Source of the DNA: Octopus vulgaris
Lineage: Eukaryota
Length of the DNA: 64,000 bases
Assembly: GCA_951406725.2 (NCBI GenBank)
Contig: OX597830.1
Location: forward strand, 16,678,001 to 16,742,000
Direction: 5' to 3'
A program made the translations under genes and the position numbers. Below, piece by piece: positions 1 through 12,058 of this stretch; position 1 is the stretch's first letter, and each line of letters starts with the position of its first letter. The notes beneath the pieces are model-generated. The model was not told the DNA's origin. It was given only the letters and a program-made list of their open reading frames with translations, and did not search any database.

Positions 1-1080
1 GAGGGAGGAGGAGGGAGGAGGAGGAGGAGGGAGTGAGTGAGTGAGTGAGGAGAGGAGGGAGGAGGAGGAGGGAGGGAGGAGGAGGAGGAGTGAGTGAGTG
101 AGGAGTGAGTGAGTGAGTGAGTGAGGAGTGAGTGAGGAGGAGGAGGGAGGAGGAGGAGGGAGGAGGAGGAGGGAGGAGGAGGAGTGAGTGAGTGAGTGAG
201 TGAGTGAGTGAGTGAGGAGTGAGTGAGTGAGTGAGTGAGTGAGTGAGGAGTGAGTGAGTGAGGAGGAGGAGGAGGAGGAGGAGGAGGAGTGAGTGAGGAG
301 GAGGAGGAGTGAGTGAGTGAGGAGGAGGAGTGAGTGAGGAGTGAGTGAGTGAGGAGTGAGTGAGGAGGGAGGAGTGAGGAGGAGGGAGGAGTGAGTGAGT
401 GAGTGAGGAGTGAGTGAGTGAGTGAGTGAGTGAGGAGTGAGGAGTGAGTGAGGGAGGAGTGAGTGAGTGAGTGAGTGAGTGAGGGAGGAGTGAGGAGTGA
501 GGAGTGAGTGAGTGAGTGAGTGAGTGAGTGAGTGAGTGAGTGAGTGAGTGAGTGAGTGAGTGAGTGAGTGAGTGAGTGAGTGAGTGAGTGAGTGAGTGAG
601 TGAGTGAGTGAGTGAGTGAGGAGTGAGTGAGTGAGTGAGTGAGGAGGGAGTGAGTGGAGGGAGGGAGTGAGTGAGTGAGTGAGTGAGTGAGTGAGTGAGT
701 GAGTGAGTGAGTGAGTGAGTGAGTGAGGGAGTGAGTGAGTGAGTGAGTGAGTGAGTGAGTGAGTGAGGGAGGGAGGGAGTGAGTGAGTGAGTGAGTGAGT
801 GAGTGAGTGAGTGAGTGAGTGAGGGAGTGAGTGAGTGAGTGAGTGAGTGAGTGAGTGAGGGAGTGAGTGAGTGAGTGAGTGAGTGAGTGAGTGAGTGAGT
901 GAGTGAGTGAGTGAGTGAGTGAGTGAGTGAGTGAGTGAGTGAGTGAGTGAGTGAGTGAGTGAGTGAGTGAGTGAGTGAGTGAGTGAGTGAGTGAGTGAGT
1001 GAGTGAGTGAGTGAGTGAGGGAGTGAGTGAGTGAGTGAGTGAGTGAGTGAGTGAGTGAGTGAGTGAGTGAGAGTGAGTGA

Positions 1081-1162
<82 letters not shown>
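1..1162. repeat. Compound microsatellite: (GAG)n/(GAGT)n grading into (GT)n and (GA)n
   Basis: Directly visible simple repeats. Confidence 0.97.
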
Positions 1163-1163
<1 letters not shown>

Positions 1164-1235
1164 CACGTTTGTATTAAACTCTTAACGAATGCTCAGTTTC
1201 TTTGTGAAACGTTAACGGAAGAAAATATCATCGTA

Positions 1236-1556
1236 TTTCGTTTTTGGATTTGGTTTGCAAGATTCTTTATGTGAGTTCGTGTGTTGAAGCATATTCTGTT
1301 GTGTCTGGGGAGAGTAATTTTCTTTATAATTTAACACACTCACCGGTAAAATTTCCACTTATTCTTTATTTTTATTTTCCCAAAATTTTCGTTGTGTCTT
1401 GCAACCTTTTCCATAGGGCCAAGACTACTGAAAAAGTTCCAAGACGCAACGAAAATTTTAGGAAAATAAAAATAAGGAATAAGTGGACATTTTACCGGTG
1501 AGTGTGTTAAATTATAAGGCACCAAAAGAAAATGGCTCTCCCCAGACACAACAGTG
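1236..1556 (-). mobile_element. Fold-back element (hairpin 1296-1554 plus 60-bp tail), Penelope-like non-autonomous candidate
   Basis: Arms CTGTTGTGTCTGGGGAGAG... / ...CTCTCCCCAGACACAACAG; flanking 10-bp duplication TATCATCGTA (1226-1235, 1557-1566); degenerate hammerhead-like motif in each arm. Confidence 0.7.
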
Positions 1557-2380
1557 TATCATCGTACATAAGCAAAAATTTCCGGTTATTTTATGGAAAT
1601 CATCGAGGAAAGCAAGTCTTACTTAAAACGAGAATATCTGACAAAAGTACTCCAGAAAGATGTATTGTTGTGTATGAAATCCACGTGTGACTACCGATGA
1701 ATTTACCGAATGATGTCTCGATTAAGTGATATTATGTCTCATCCATCTCGGTGGTTACTACACCTCTGAAGACCATATACAATCTAAATACAAAAGAATC
1801 AGAATTTGTAAGAAGGTTGGTCCTTCCAACCATTGTCTAAGACTATCCACAAAGTTAAACATTGTCACTCATATACTAATTACTTGATTAAATTATCGAT
1901 CCTCATTAACAGTCACCAATATGGCGATGATCGCTAGAGCTTCGGAAAAAATGCTTCGCGGGGTTTTTGTTCCGACTTTTACATTTTAAGTTCAAATCCC
2001 GCCGAGTCTAACTTTGTCGTTCATCCTTTTGAAATTGATGAAATAAAGTACCAGCATAAGTACTGGGCTTTATGGGATCACCGAAGTCCTTCCTCTAAAT
2101 ATAAATTCCTGGCCTTGTACCTAAACCAGGAACGGGAACCGTTCACAGCCACGAAGATTGTTGATGATACAATAATAGGATGATAATTAGACGGTTTACT
2201 ATAGTATTTGACTGTCCTGAAGTTTGTTTATTAGTGCCATCAGACACCGGTTTATATATCCATCTCGGTCGGGCCGGATTTAGACACCAACTAAACTAGC
2301 AACGACAATGGCACGTATAACAATTTCAAGGGATCCCCACCAACATCTCAGAATTTTTTCTCATCGTTACTGCTTTATTT

Positions 2381-2798
2381 GGATCTTTTCGGTTTGAACG
2401 GCAGTTTTTTCTAGCGGTGTCATATGAAATTGTCACCCATAATTATGACCCTAGTATCGATCTATTGCATTTCAATCTGTTTTAGGGTTAGGGTTAGGGG
2501 TGGGGGTACGGGTATATTTTTTTCTTCATAAATGTAAATTAAACCCAATCTGTTTCTTAAACGAGGGACATATTCATATGGCACAGAATGTTTTCACCTC
2601 AATAGACGTCATTGATTGGTTGAAATTGCCGAAATTGAAGAAAAAAAACAACAAATATCTTACAAACTATAGAATTTTCTCAATAAAGCCAAGAGAAAAA
2701 GATGTTTTATAAACACATTCTACCAGTATACGAAGTTTAAAAGTGTTTAGTTACGTGGAAATTATTTTTAAAAAATGCCGTTCATTCCGAAAAGATCC
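2381..2798 (+). mobile_element. Merlin-type MITE (family M), full copy
   Basis: TIR GGATCTTTTCGGTTTGAACGGCAG / ...CCGAAAAGATCC; perfect 8-bp TSD CTTTATTT; internal TTAGGG repeats. Confidence 0.92.
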
Positions 2799-3402
2799 CT
2801 TTATTTATCTAAAATTATATTCAAGTAAAGATTTTACCCAATTAACATATTCAACAATTTCACTAATGATTTCACGTAATCAACAGCAATTAACAACATT
2901 AACAAATTATAAATAAAATAATTATTCATACTTATTTGTTGGAGTTCGTTATTTTATAATTATGCTAAAATACTGTTCTGTTTGGGTAAGCAACCTTATC
3001 GAGGTTCATTCCGGTCAAATACTGCAGCTCTTTACGTTTCTTGACTGTAGTGTTTTTGAAAGGACATGTTCAACCCTTCTTGTCACTTAAAACTGAAAGA
3101 AAGGAAGAAAGGAGAAGATTCCAGAGAATTAAGGAGCTGAGATATCAGTTCGGTAAACCACATTCTTGGGCGGAAGGAAACCCTTATCTCTACAGAGAGA
3201 AGGAGAGAGAGAGAGAGAGGGAGAGAGAGAGAGAAATCATTGAGATAACTAAACGAATGAATATATGGCTTCTCTGAATATGGCGTATATGTGCCTGTGC
3301 ACGAGTGTACACACACTCATACATGCGCATGCGCGTGCGGAATGTTTATCGCAATCACGCTGCAGAGTGTTGAGTTGCCAGATGATGGAACACACTCATA
3401 GA

Positions 3403-3405
<3 letters not shown>

Positions 3406-3455
<50 letters not shown>

Positions 3456-3485
3456 ATACACACTCATACACACACACACTACACT

Positions 3486-3519
<34 letters not shown>

Positions 3520-3678
3520 CACTCATACACTCATACACACACACACTCATACACACACACACACACTCATACACACACACACGCTCACACTCACACACTC
3601 ATACACACACACTCACACACACACACGCACACACACACGCACACACACTCATACACACACACGCACACATACACTCAT

Positions 3679-3747
<69 letters not shown>
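3406..3747. repeat. Imperfect (CA)n microsatellite
   Basis: Visible repeat; explains the His/Thr-rich ORFs. Confidence 0.95.
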
Positions 3748-3750
<3 letters not shown>

Positions 3751-4578
3751 CTCTTCGGAACAGCAGCCATTGAGAATAACAACTGAATAAATACCACACC
3801 AAGAGTCCACGTAGTCTTGGAGAATATTAGTAATCCAAATAGTTTTTTGTTTTTCTTTTGCAAAAGTTCCAGAGATTCAAGTACTGCGAAAAGTTCTGTT
3901 TAGACTAACTCCACAATATAATTCAAGATATCAAGAGGATAAACTCATCTAACGTGGGAAGAACATCTTCTTTGGATTGTAGTAATGGTGGTGGTGGTGG
4001 TGATGTCGGCTGTGGCGGCGGCGATGTTGTGTGTCATAGGTGTGATATGTAAGGGAAGAATTGGATGGTGGCAGGAGCAGTGACGATATTGAAGGGGCTG
4101 TTGTTGCTAATGTTGTTGTCTATCGCCAGATCAGCTTTGATCATGGAAACCTATTGAATAGAACAGCGGTCAAATTAGGTGGTGCGCAGTTCACATCGAT
4201 TTTTTCCATACAAGTATACCAAATACCATACAATATAAATTCTTGATTTATTAAAATCCTCTCCGTCTCTAGTGGCTGTGTCATAATTACCAAATGATAA
4301 TCAAGACCAGTTTCAAATGAAAAGGGGAGATAATCTCTCGAGAATTCTCTAAAGTTGCTATGTCATCAAGGAAAAGACCAGACTTGTTGTATGGAGATTA
4401 GAGGATAGACATGGACACGTGTTTCTGCTTTTGTAGGCATCGTCAGTACAACAATTGTTCAACTTTATCTGCAGTAACACAGGGACTTACACTTATACAA
4501 ACTGAACAGCACAAATTTATGGCCGAGTTAATTTGCATAATTTAAAGAGAAATGAGTTTAGTGAAATAACTCAGAGTC

Positions 4579-5149
4579 ATTTCTTAATTGCCCACAAGGG
4601 GCTGAACATAGAGGGAACAAACAAGGACAGACAAAGGGATTAAGTCGATTACATCGACCCCAGTGCGTAAATGGTACTTAATTTATCGCCACCGAAAGGA
4701 TGAAAGGCAAAGTCGACCTCGGCGAAATTTCAACTCAGAACGCAACGGCAGACGAAATACCTATTTCTTTACTGCCCACAAGGGGCTAAACACAGAGAGG
4801 ACAAACAAGGACAGACAAACGGATTAAGTCGATTACATTGACCCTAGTGCGTAACTGGTACTTAATTTATCGACCCTGAAAGGATGAAAGGCAAAGTCGA
4901 CCTCGGCGAAATTTCAACTCAGAACGCAACGGCAGACGAAATACCTATTTCTTTACTACCAACAAGGGGCTAAACACAGAGAGGACAAATAAGGACAGAC
5001 AAAGGGATTAAGTCGATTATATCAACCCCAGTGCGTAACTGGTACTTATTTAATCGACCCCCGAAAGGATGAAAGACAAAGTTAACGGCAGACGAAATAC
5101 CGCTAAGTATTTCGCCCGGTGTGCTAACGTTTCTGTCAGCTCGCCGCCC
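4579..5149 (-). mobile_element. SINE family B with tandemly triplicated ~183-bp 3' part
   Basis: Three consecutive units containing GGATTAAGTCGATTACATCGACCCCAGTGCG...GAAAGGATGAAAGGC; one head ending CAGCTCGCCGCC. Confidence 0.85.
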
Positions 5150-5338
5150 TAAAGAAAAGACAGAAAGTATTGAGTCCCTCTTTAAGAAGTTATTAAACCT
5201 CTTAAGAACGATCCTCAATGGATTTCTCACATGTGTTAAAGAAGAAGAACGATAGAGAATAACTTGTTTCACGCTCAGGACTCAATACGATCTCATATCA
5301 TCGTGATGTTGTTGATCTGCTCAATAGAATCGGATACC

Positions 5339-5571
5339 TATTTCATTACTACCGACAAAGGGCTAAACACAGAGAAGACAAACAAGGACAGACAACGGAT
5401 TAAGTCGATTATATCGACCCCAGTACGTAACTGGTACTTATTTTATCGACCCCGAAAGGATGAAAGGCAAAGTCGACCTCGGCGGAATTTGAACTCAGAA
5501 CGTAACGGCAGACGAAATACGGCTACGCATTTCTGCCCGGCGTGCTAACGTTTCTACCAGCTCGCCGCCTT
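5339..5571 (-). mobile_element. SINE family B
   Basis: Full match to other copies; TSD TAGAATCGGATACC (5325-5338, 5573-5586). Confidence 0.92.
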
Positions 5572-5713
5572 TTAGAATCGGATACCGTTGCGACATATTC
5601 TTAAGAAATGATCCTTAAAAGCATGAAATAACTCAGAGTGGTCAGTGGCATGCATTTGAAAAACAAAGACAAATACAGGCATATCAAATACCATACAACG
5701 TAAATTCTTGATT

Positions 5714-6095
5714 TTCTTTTATTCATTTACTTGCTTCAATCATTTGACTGCGGCCATGCTGGAGCACGCCTTTAGTCAAACAAATTCTTTGTAAGCCTAG
5801 TATTTATTCTATCGGTCTCTTTTGCTGAACCGCTAATTTACGGGGACGTAAACTCACCAACATCGGTTGTCAAGTGAGGGTGGAGGGTACAAACACACAC
5901 ACACAAATGTATTCACACACACACACACACACATACGACGGGCTTCTTTCAGTTTCCGTCTACCAAATCCACTCGCAAGGCTTTGGTCGGCCCGAAGATA
6001 TAGAAGACACTTGCCCAAAGTGCCACGCAGTGGGACTGAACCCGGAGCCATGTGGTTAGGAAGCATGCTTTTTACCACACAGCCACTCCTGCGCC
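5714..6095 (-). mobile_element. tRNA-derived SINE family A
   Basis: Head GGCGCAGGAGTGGCTGTGTGGT...GGGTTCAGTCCC (A/B-box-like); matches 61804-62210. Confidence 0.9.
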
Positions 6096-7095
6096 TATTT
6101 ATCAATTTTATCAATTTGTTTCTCCTCCTTGATGTTTTGGGGGGTATTGTACCTGTATATTTAGACGTGGGTTTTCACGTAGCGACAAGAACTGTTAGAA
6201 TTGAAGCTCTCCTGGTGATTCTTTGTTATTTTAGATTCAGTATTTCTGATGCGTTTTGTTGGTTATCTGTGTACAATGTGTGATAGTTCGCAAAGCATAA
6301 TTTCATGTAGTTTGTTGTAACGAGGAGATTGGGGTTTCAGGAAGGACAAACGTAGTCCCTGGTCTATTTCTCTAGGGATTTTTTGTTGAATAATCACGAT
6401 ATGAATGTCGTGTGTGATGGTGAAATCATTTAACTAAAGATAGTTTTTATAGGCTGTTAATATTGCCTTATAAAACTTTACACATTCTTTTTGGTGTCAC
6501 TAGTGTTGGTGGCGCGAAATTAAGATACCTGGCCGTGGAAACCACAACGAAGCAGACACAGGAACACGATGCAGTCCCTGGATCCATCGGATCTTATCAA
6601 ACCGTTCAACCCATGCCAAGATGGAACATGAACGTTATATGATGATGATGATTAGGATGATGAGTAGGAGGAGGAGGAGGATTACAAAGTTTATTTTTTA
6701 ATACAAAAGGTTCCGATTTTTAAAATTATATTCTGTACGCTTTCGTGACATTAGACTAGGAACGTAGCTAGGGGTGGAAGTCTGGAGAAAGCGTGACACT
6801 TTTATGGACGTCGTTTGTCCTTCCTGAAACCCCAATCTCCTCGTTACAACAACTTACATGAAAGAGTGCTTTGCGAACTATCACACATTGTACACAAACA
6901 ACTAACAAAACGCATTCGTGACTTTAGACAAGACGATAATTTTTGCTCTTGTTTTTGTTATCTTCATCGTTATAGCTGGTGTTTTTGTAATGTTAAGTAC
7001 TCACGTCGAGTTTTTGCTAATGTTACTATTTGGTCCTATTTGTTTATGTTACAAAGCACATTTTAAAGGGGTTTTAGAGTTTTAGTGAAAACGTT

Positions 7096-7503
7096 GGATC
7101 TTTTCGGTTTGAACGGCAGTTTTTTCTAGCGGTGTCATATGAAATTGTCACCCATAATCATGACCCTAGTATCGATTTATTGCATTTCAATCTGTTTTAG
7201 GGTTAGTTAGGGTTAGGGTTAGGGGTGGGGAAAGGGGATCTTTTTTTCTTCACAAATGTAAATAAACCCAATCTGTTTCTTAAACGAGGGACATATTCAT
7301 ACGACACAGAATGGACGTCAGTGATTGGTTGAAATTGCAGAAATTGAAGAAAAAAACAACAAATATCTTACAAACGCTAGAATTTTCTCAATAAAGCCAA
7401 GAGAAAAAGATGTTTTATAAACACATTCTACCAGTATACGAAGTTAAAATTTTTTTAGTTACCTAGAAATTGTTGAAAACTGCCGTTCAAACCGAAAAGA
7501 TCC
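7096..7503 (+). mobile_element. Merlin-type MITE (family M), non-matching flanks
   Basis: Both TIRs present; left flank AAAACGTT, right flank AAATTTAG. Confidence 0.9.
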
Positions 7504-7541
7504 AAATTTAGCGCTATCTGATTTGTACTTTTTATCTTATA

Positions 7542-7895
7542 CTAGCAGTATCGCCCGGCGTTGCTCGGGTTTGTTTTGACCCTTTAGAATTGGAATTTTT
7601 GAAAAGTAAAAATTTTGCATTATGTAGCTTTAAGTGAACATTTTCTGGTTGAAATACACCGAAAAATGGCGACACAGCAGTCAAAAAATCGTAAAAAATA
7701 GGGATTTTCATAGAAAAAAAGCACCTTTTTGATGTAAATAATTTTTGGTGCTAACATGGTCCGATTTTTTCTTCTACGGAAGGAAGAGCAAGCCTTCTTC
7801 TATCATACTCTCAATTTTGGTCAACTTGTGCCGCAGGTTCTCGGAGGAGATAGTGTTAGTTGAAGGCTACCAAACCTGCCATACACAGACGACTT
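7542..7895 (-). mobile_element. Non-autonomous Helitron, 3' portion
   Basis: Minus strand reads hairpin CCCGAGCAACGCCGGG, 8 nt, then CTAG|T; same end at 13365, 28281 and 39494; far boundary approximate. Confidence 0.65.
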
Positions 7896-8189
7896 CATGC
7901 GTCTCCGCGGTTTTTATCCATTTTATCCGTGTGTTACGCTTACACTGAGGGAGGTAATAACTCGAATAGAGAAATATATTTAAAGAGGGAGAAGGGGAGA
8001 CTACGAGAGAGAGAGAGAGAAGGAGAGGAAGGAGGGAGGAAGGAGGTCTACATTATTCTGCATTTATACGTTCAAATCGCGGGCATAGTCAAAATGTTTA
8101 ACATAATGAAACAATGTCACGAAGACCCATAAGTTTAGATCGCCATGACATGAGTCTGCATTAATACTGATTCATAGTTAAATTAAGGT

Positions 8190-8858
8190 GGCGCAGGTGT
8201 GGCTGTGTGGTAAGTAGCTTGTTTACCGACCACATGGTTCCGGGTTCAGTCCCACTGCGTGGCACCTTGGGCAAGTGTCTTCTACTATAGCCTCGGGCCG
8301 ACCAAAGCCTTGTGAGTGGATTTGGTAGACGGAAACGGAAAGAAGCCCGTCGAATATATGTATATATATATGTGCGTGTGTGTGTTTGTGTGTCTGTGTT
8401 TGTCCCTCTAGCATTGCTTGACAACCTATTTCTTTATTACCCACAAGGGGCTAAACATAGAGGGAACAAACAAGGACAAACATAGGTATTAAGTCGATTA
8501 CATCGACCCCCGGGCGTAACTGGTACTTAATTTATCGACCCCGAAAGGATGAAAGGCAAAGTCGACCTCGGCGGAATTTGAACTCAGAACGTAACGGCAG
8601 ACGAAATACCGCAAAGCATTTCGCCCGACGTGCTAACGTTTCTGCCAGCTCGCCGCCTTCAAGCATTGCTTGACAACCGATGCTGGTGTGTTTATGTCCC
8701 CGTTACTTAGCGGTTCGGCAAAAGAGACCGATAGAATAAGTACTGGGCTTACAAAAGAATAAGTCCCGGGGTCGAGTTGCTCGATTAAAGGCGGTGCTCC
8801 AGCATGGCCGCAGTCAAATGACTGAAACACGTAAAAGAGTAAAAGAGTAAAAGAGTAA
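8190..8858 (+). mobile_element. SINE family A interrupted by a family B SINE
   Basis: Head at 8190, (GAGTAAAA)n tail; nested insertion at 8427-8661. Confidence 0.9.
8427..8661 (-). mobile_element. SINE family B nested in SINE A
   Basis: 17-bp TSD AGCATTGCTTGACAACC (8410-8426, 8662-8678). Confidence 0.93.
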
Positions 8859-9099
8859 CCTAAACAAATAACTGTGGATAATACACTTTTTCCTCTTTTA
8901 CATGTTCCAGACCGAAGGCTGCGGCCATGCCGGAGCACCGCCATTATTAATTTATTTACTTATTTATTCATTCATTTTTGGTTATTCGGTTATTTGGTTT
9001 GAATGTTTATCGGTACTATGAGAGGAGACAACCACGTCAGGAAATGTAGATATGATAGTTGATTAGCTAGCTATGGCAGTCACCATGATAGATCGGTAG

Positions 9100-9281
9100 C
9101 CACTACACACATTTTTCTCTCTCCTTGTTTCTCTCCTTGTTTTTTCTGTATCCCTTTCTGTAGAAGAGCGTAGGCTCGAAACGTAAAAGACTTTTTCTAT
9201 TCCTGAGCGTTATACTAATACATCTGTTTGTTTTATGCACCACCTGTCTTCGTCTTTTGGTTTTTTTTTTCGTAAACTCTA
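9100..9281 (+). mobile_element. Short repeat with degenerate hammerhead-like motif (Penelope pLTR-like fragment)
   Basis: AGAAGAG-CGTAGG-CTC-GAAACGTA; second copy on opposite strand at 62957-63118. Confidence 0.55.
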
Positions 9282-9317
9282 CTTATAGTTCATATAATAC
9301 AAGAGTATTATTAATTT

Positions 9318-9542
9318 CAGCGTGGAAGGTGTTTTTAAGCCATTTAAAAATATACAAAAACCGTTAGATTCACTTCAACATTTAAATTTTTAAATTCAAA
9401 TTTAAATTTAAAAGTTGAAGTGAATCTAACGGCATTTGTGTGTTTTTTAAATGGCTTATAAACACCTTCCACGCTGCAATTGTTTTTGTTTCAGCACACG
9501 AACTCAGATCAGGGCACGTGCTATGCAAGTACATCTCTGTAA
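9318..9542 (+). mobile_element. Fold-back element, same family as 40441-40770, centre deleted
   Basis: Hairpin 9318-9476 plus tail; flanking duplication TATTATTAATTT (9306-9317, 9543-9554). Confidence 0.8.
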
Positions 9543-9992
9543 TATTATTAATTTATTGTAACGTTAACACATGAGAGAAAGAGAGAGAGACGGACAGAGA
9601 GAAACACAGGGCAAAAATATAAATAGATGAATAGATAGGTAGATAGATAGATAGATAGAGAGGGAGAGGGGGAGAAGGAGAGAGGGAGAGAATGTAAGAG
9701 AGGATTCTAAAAAGTGAGAAGCTGAGTAAAAGTAAAAGTGAGAAGAAACATGCAAGAGAAAAAGGGTGAAAGTAAGATGGAGATTTTTAACCAAGAGGGA
9801 GGGAGGGAGGGGAGAAGAAAACCCAATCAAGACGAAGTCAAGTTTGTGACGTCAGTGCTTCTTTAGTTATCACATTATCCCTGCCCCTCTCTCACCCCTC
9901 TCTCTTTCTCTCTTTGTCTTTCTTTCTCTTTTGTCTTTCTTTCTCTCTCTCCCTCTCTGCATTTGAAGTATTTTCACATTGTATCTTAGTAC

Positions 9993-9995
<3 letters not shown>

Positions 9996-10057
<62 letters not shown>

Positions 10058-10305
10058 CGCGCCCTTTCAAAGCCTAGCCAGACTCATGGGCCCAGTTTCC
10101 CGGTTTCTATGGCGTATGTGTTCCCCACCTGGACGGGACGCCAGTCCATCGCAGCGTTACTCATTTTTGCCAGCTGAGTGAACTGGAGCAACGTGAAACG
10201 AAGTGTTTTGCTCAAGAACACAACGCGTCGCCCGGTTCAGGAATCGAAACCACAATCTTACGATCATGGTGCTGACACCCTAACCACTAAGCCACGTGCC
10301 TCCAC
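9996..10305 (-). mobile_element. tRNA-derived SINE family C with (TTA)n tail
   Basis: Head GTGGAGGCACGTGGCTTAGTGGTTAGGG...GGTTTCGATTCC; 13-bp TSD ATCTTAGTACATA. Confidence 0.9.
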
Positions 10306-10444
10306 ATCTTAGTACATAGAATTACTATTTTACTACAAGAACCGAAAAATGCTAAGATCTTCTGCATACATGTGTATACATTTATGTATTTCAATATGTA
10401 TGTATGCCAGTAAGGCGGCGAGCTGGCAGTCGTTAGTATGCCGG

Positions 10445-10703
10445 ATCGAGATGTTACTTCTCCACATGGGTCACAGCTCCGGCACTACGGACATGTGATT
10501 AGAATGTCACGGGAAAGAATCGCAAGGTGGATTCTTTAAGTCGAGCCAACCACCAGTAGTCCTAGTGGTGGACGAAGAACGAGATGGTTGGATGGATAAT
10601 ATCTCTCGATTTAGAAGATCGTGTATTAGGAATGCAGCCGGAAAGTCTAGTGTCAGTTGCATCTGACTGGAACCTGTGGAGGAGGTGCCTGAGGACTCTA
10701 CAA
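10445..10703 (+). mobile_element. RTE-like non-LTR retrotransposon 3' fragment
   Basis: Translates QLRHYGHVIRMSRERIARWIL*VEP...GGRRTRWLD, resembling the C-terminal LRWxGHVxRM...GRPRxRWxD motif; followed by a (GAA)n tract. Confidence 0.7.
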
Positions 10704-10997
10704 GAAGGAGGAGGAGTAGGAGGAGAAGAAGAAGAAGAAGAAGAAGAAGAAGAAGAAGAAGAAGAAGAAGAAGAAGAAGAAGAAGAAGAAGAAGAAGAAG
10801 AAGAAGAAGAAGAAGAAGAAGAAAAAGAAGAAGAAGGTGAAGAAGAAGGTAAAGAAGAAGAAATTGAAGAAGGTAATGATGGTGAAATTGAAGAAGAGGA
10901 GGAGGAGGAGGAGGAGGAGGAGGAGGAGGAGAAGAAGAAGAAGAAGAAGAAGAAGAAGAAGAAGAAGAAGAAGAAGAAGAAGAAGAAGAAGAAGAAT
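10703..10997. repeat. (GAA)n/(GAG)n trinucleotide tract
   Basis: Visible; explains the poly-E/K/S ORFs. Confidence 0.95.
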
Positions 10998-11019
10998 AAT
11001 GAATGAATGGATGGATTTA

Positions 11020-11231
11020 TTTCAAATTTTGGCATAACACCAGCAATTTCAACGGAAGGGGTAAGTCGATTACATTGGCCCCAGTTTTCAACTGGCACTT
11101 ATTTTATCGACCCCGAAAAGATGAAAGGCATAGTCGACTTCAGCGGAATTTGAACTCAGAACGTAAGGACGGACGAAATGCTGCTGAGCATTTCGCCCAG
11201 CGTGCTAACGATTCTGCCAGCTCGCTGCCTT
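11020..11231 (-). mobile_element. SINE family B (alternative tail variant)
   Basis: Matches head and core of other B copies. Confidence 0.8.
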
Positions 11232-11643
11232 TGACCGATATAATATTGAAAGGAATCTAGTAAGTAGATTAAAAGGATTCTAGTGGATTGTCCATTCTTG
11301 TGCAATACAAATTGTTATACAGTATTATAGGTTTTTAAAGACAATTTCAGCCCTAAAATCGTGACGCGTAGCATAGAGAGTGAAAAGTAGGGTTAGTCGG
11401 AACGGGTGTTAAGATGAAAAACTTTTGTCGTTTTTAAGCAGAAAAAATAATTACGGGTAAGAACTGTGTTGCCATCTTGTGAAACCCTTTCGTGCTACCT
11501 TTGAGCTATATCAAGTCGAAGCTTTTCAAACGTACTAAATGTTTTGTATTTTTTCCCATCTTAAGTAAAATCATTTATTTATTGGAAATTTTCAGTTTTA
11601 GTAAAAACTGTACTCAGGAATGAAAACTTTTGTGTCAGTTATT

Positions 11644-12058
11644 GGATCTTTTCGGTTTGAACGGCAGTTTTTAAAAATAATTTCCACGCAACTAAACACT
11701 TTTAAACTTCGTATACTGGTAAAATGTGTTTATAAAACATCTTTTTTTCTTGGCTTTATTGAGAAAATTCTATAGTTGGTAAGATATTTGGTCTTTAATT
11801 TCTTGCATTTCTGAAATTTCAACCAATCAATGATGTCTATTGAGGTGAAAACATTGTGCCGTATGAATATGTCCCTCGTTTAAGAAACAGATTGGGTTTA
11901 TTAACATTTGTGAAGAAAAAAAGATACCATTCCCCCCACCCCCACCCCTAACCCTAAAACAGATTGAAATGCAATAGATCGATACTAGGGTCATAATTAT
12001 GGGTGACAATTTCATATGACACCGCTAGAAAAAACTGCCGTTCAAACCGAAAAGATCC
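11644..12058 (-). mobile_element. Merlin-type MITE (family M)
   Basis: TIRs; perfect TSD CAGTTATT. Confidence 0.93.

Noticed and set aside
2481-2506. Telomere or chromosome fusion site
   Set aside because: TTAGGG units are internal to a dispersed MITE
10562-11098. Poly-E/K/S ORFs
   Set aside because: Trinucleotide tract joined to a LINE fragment and a SINE
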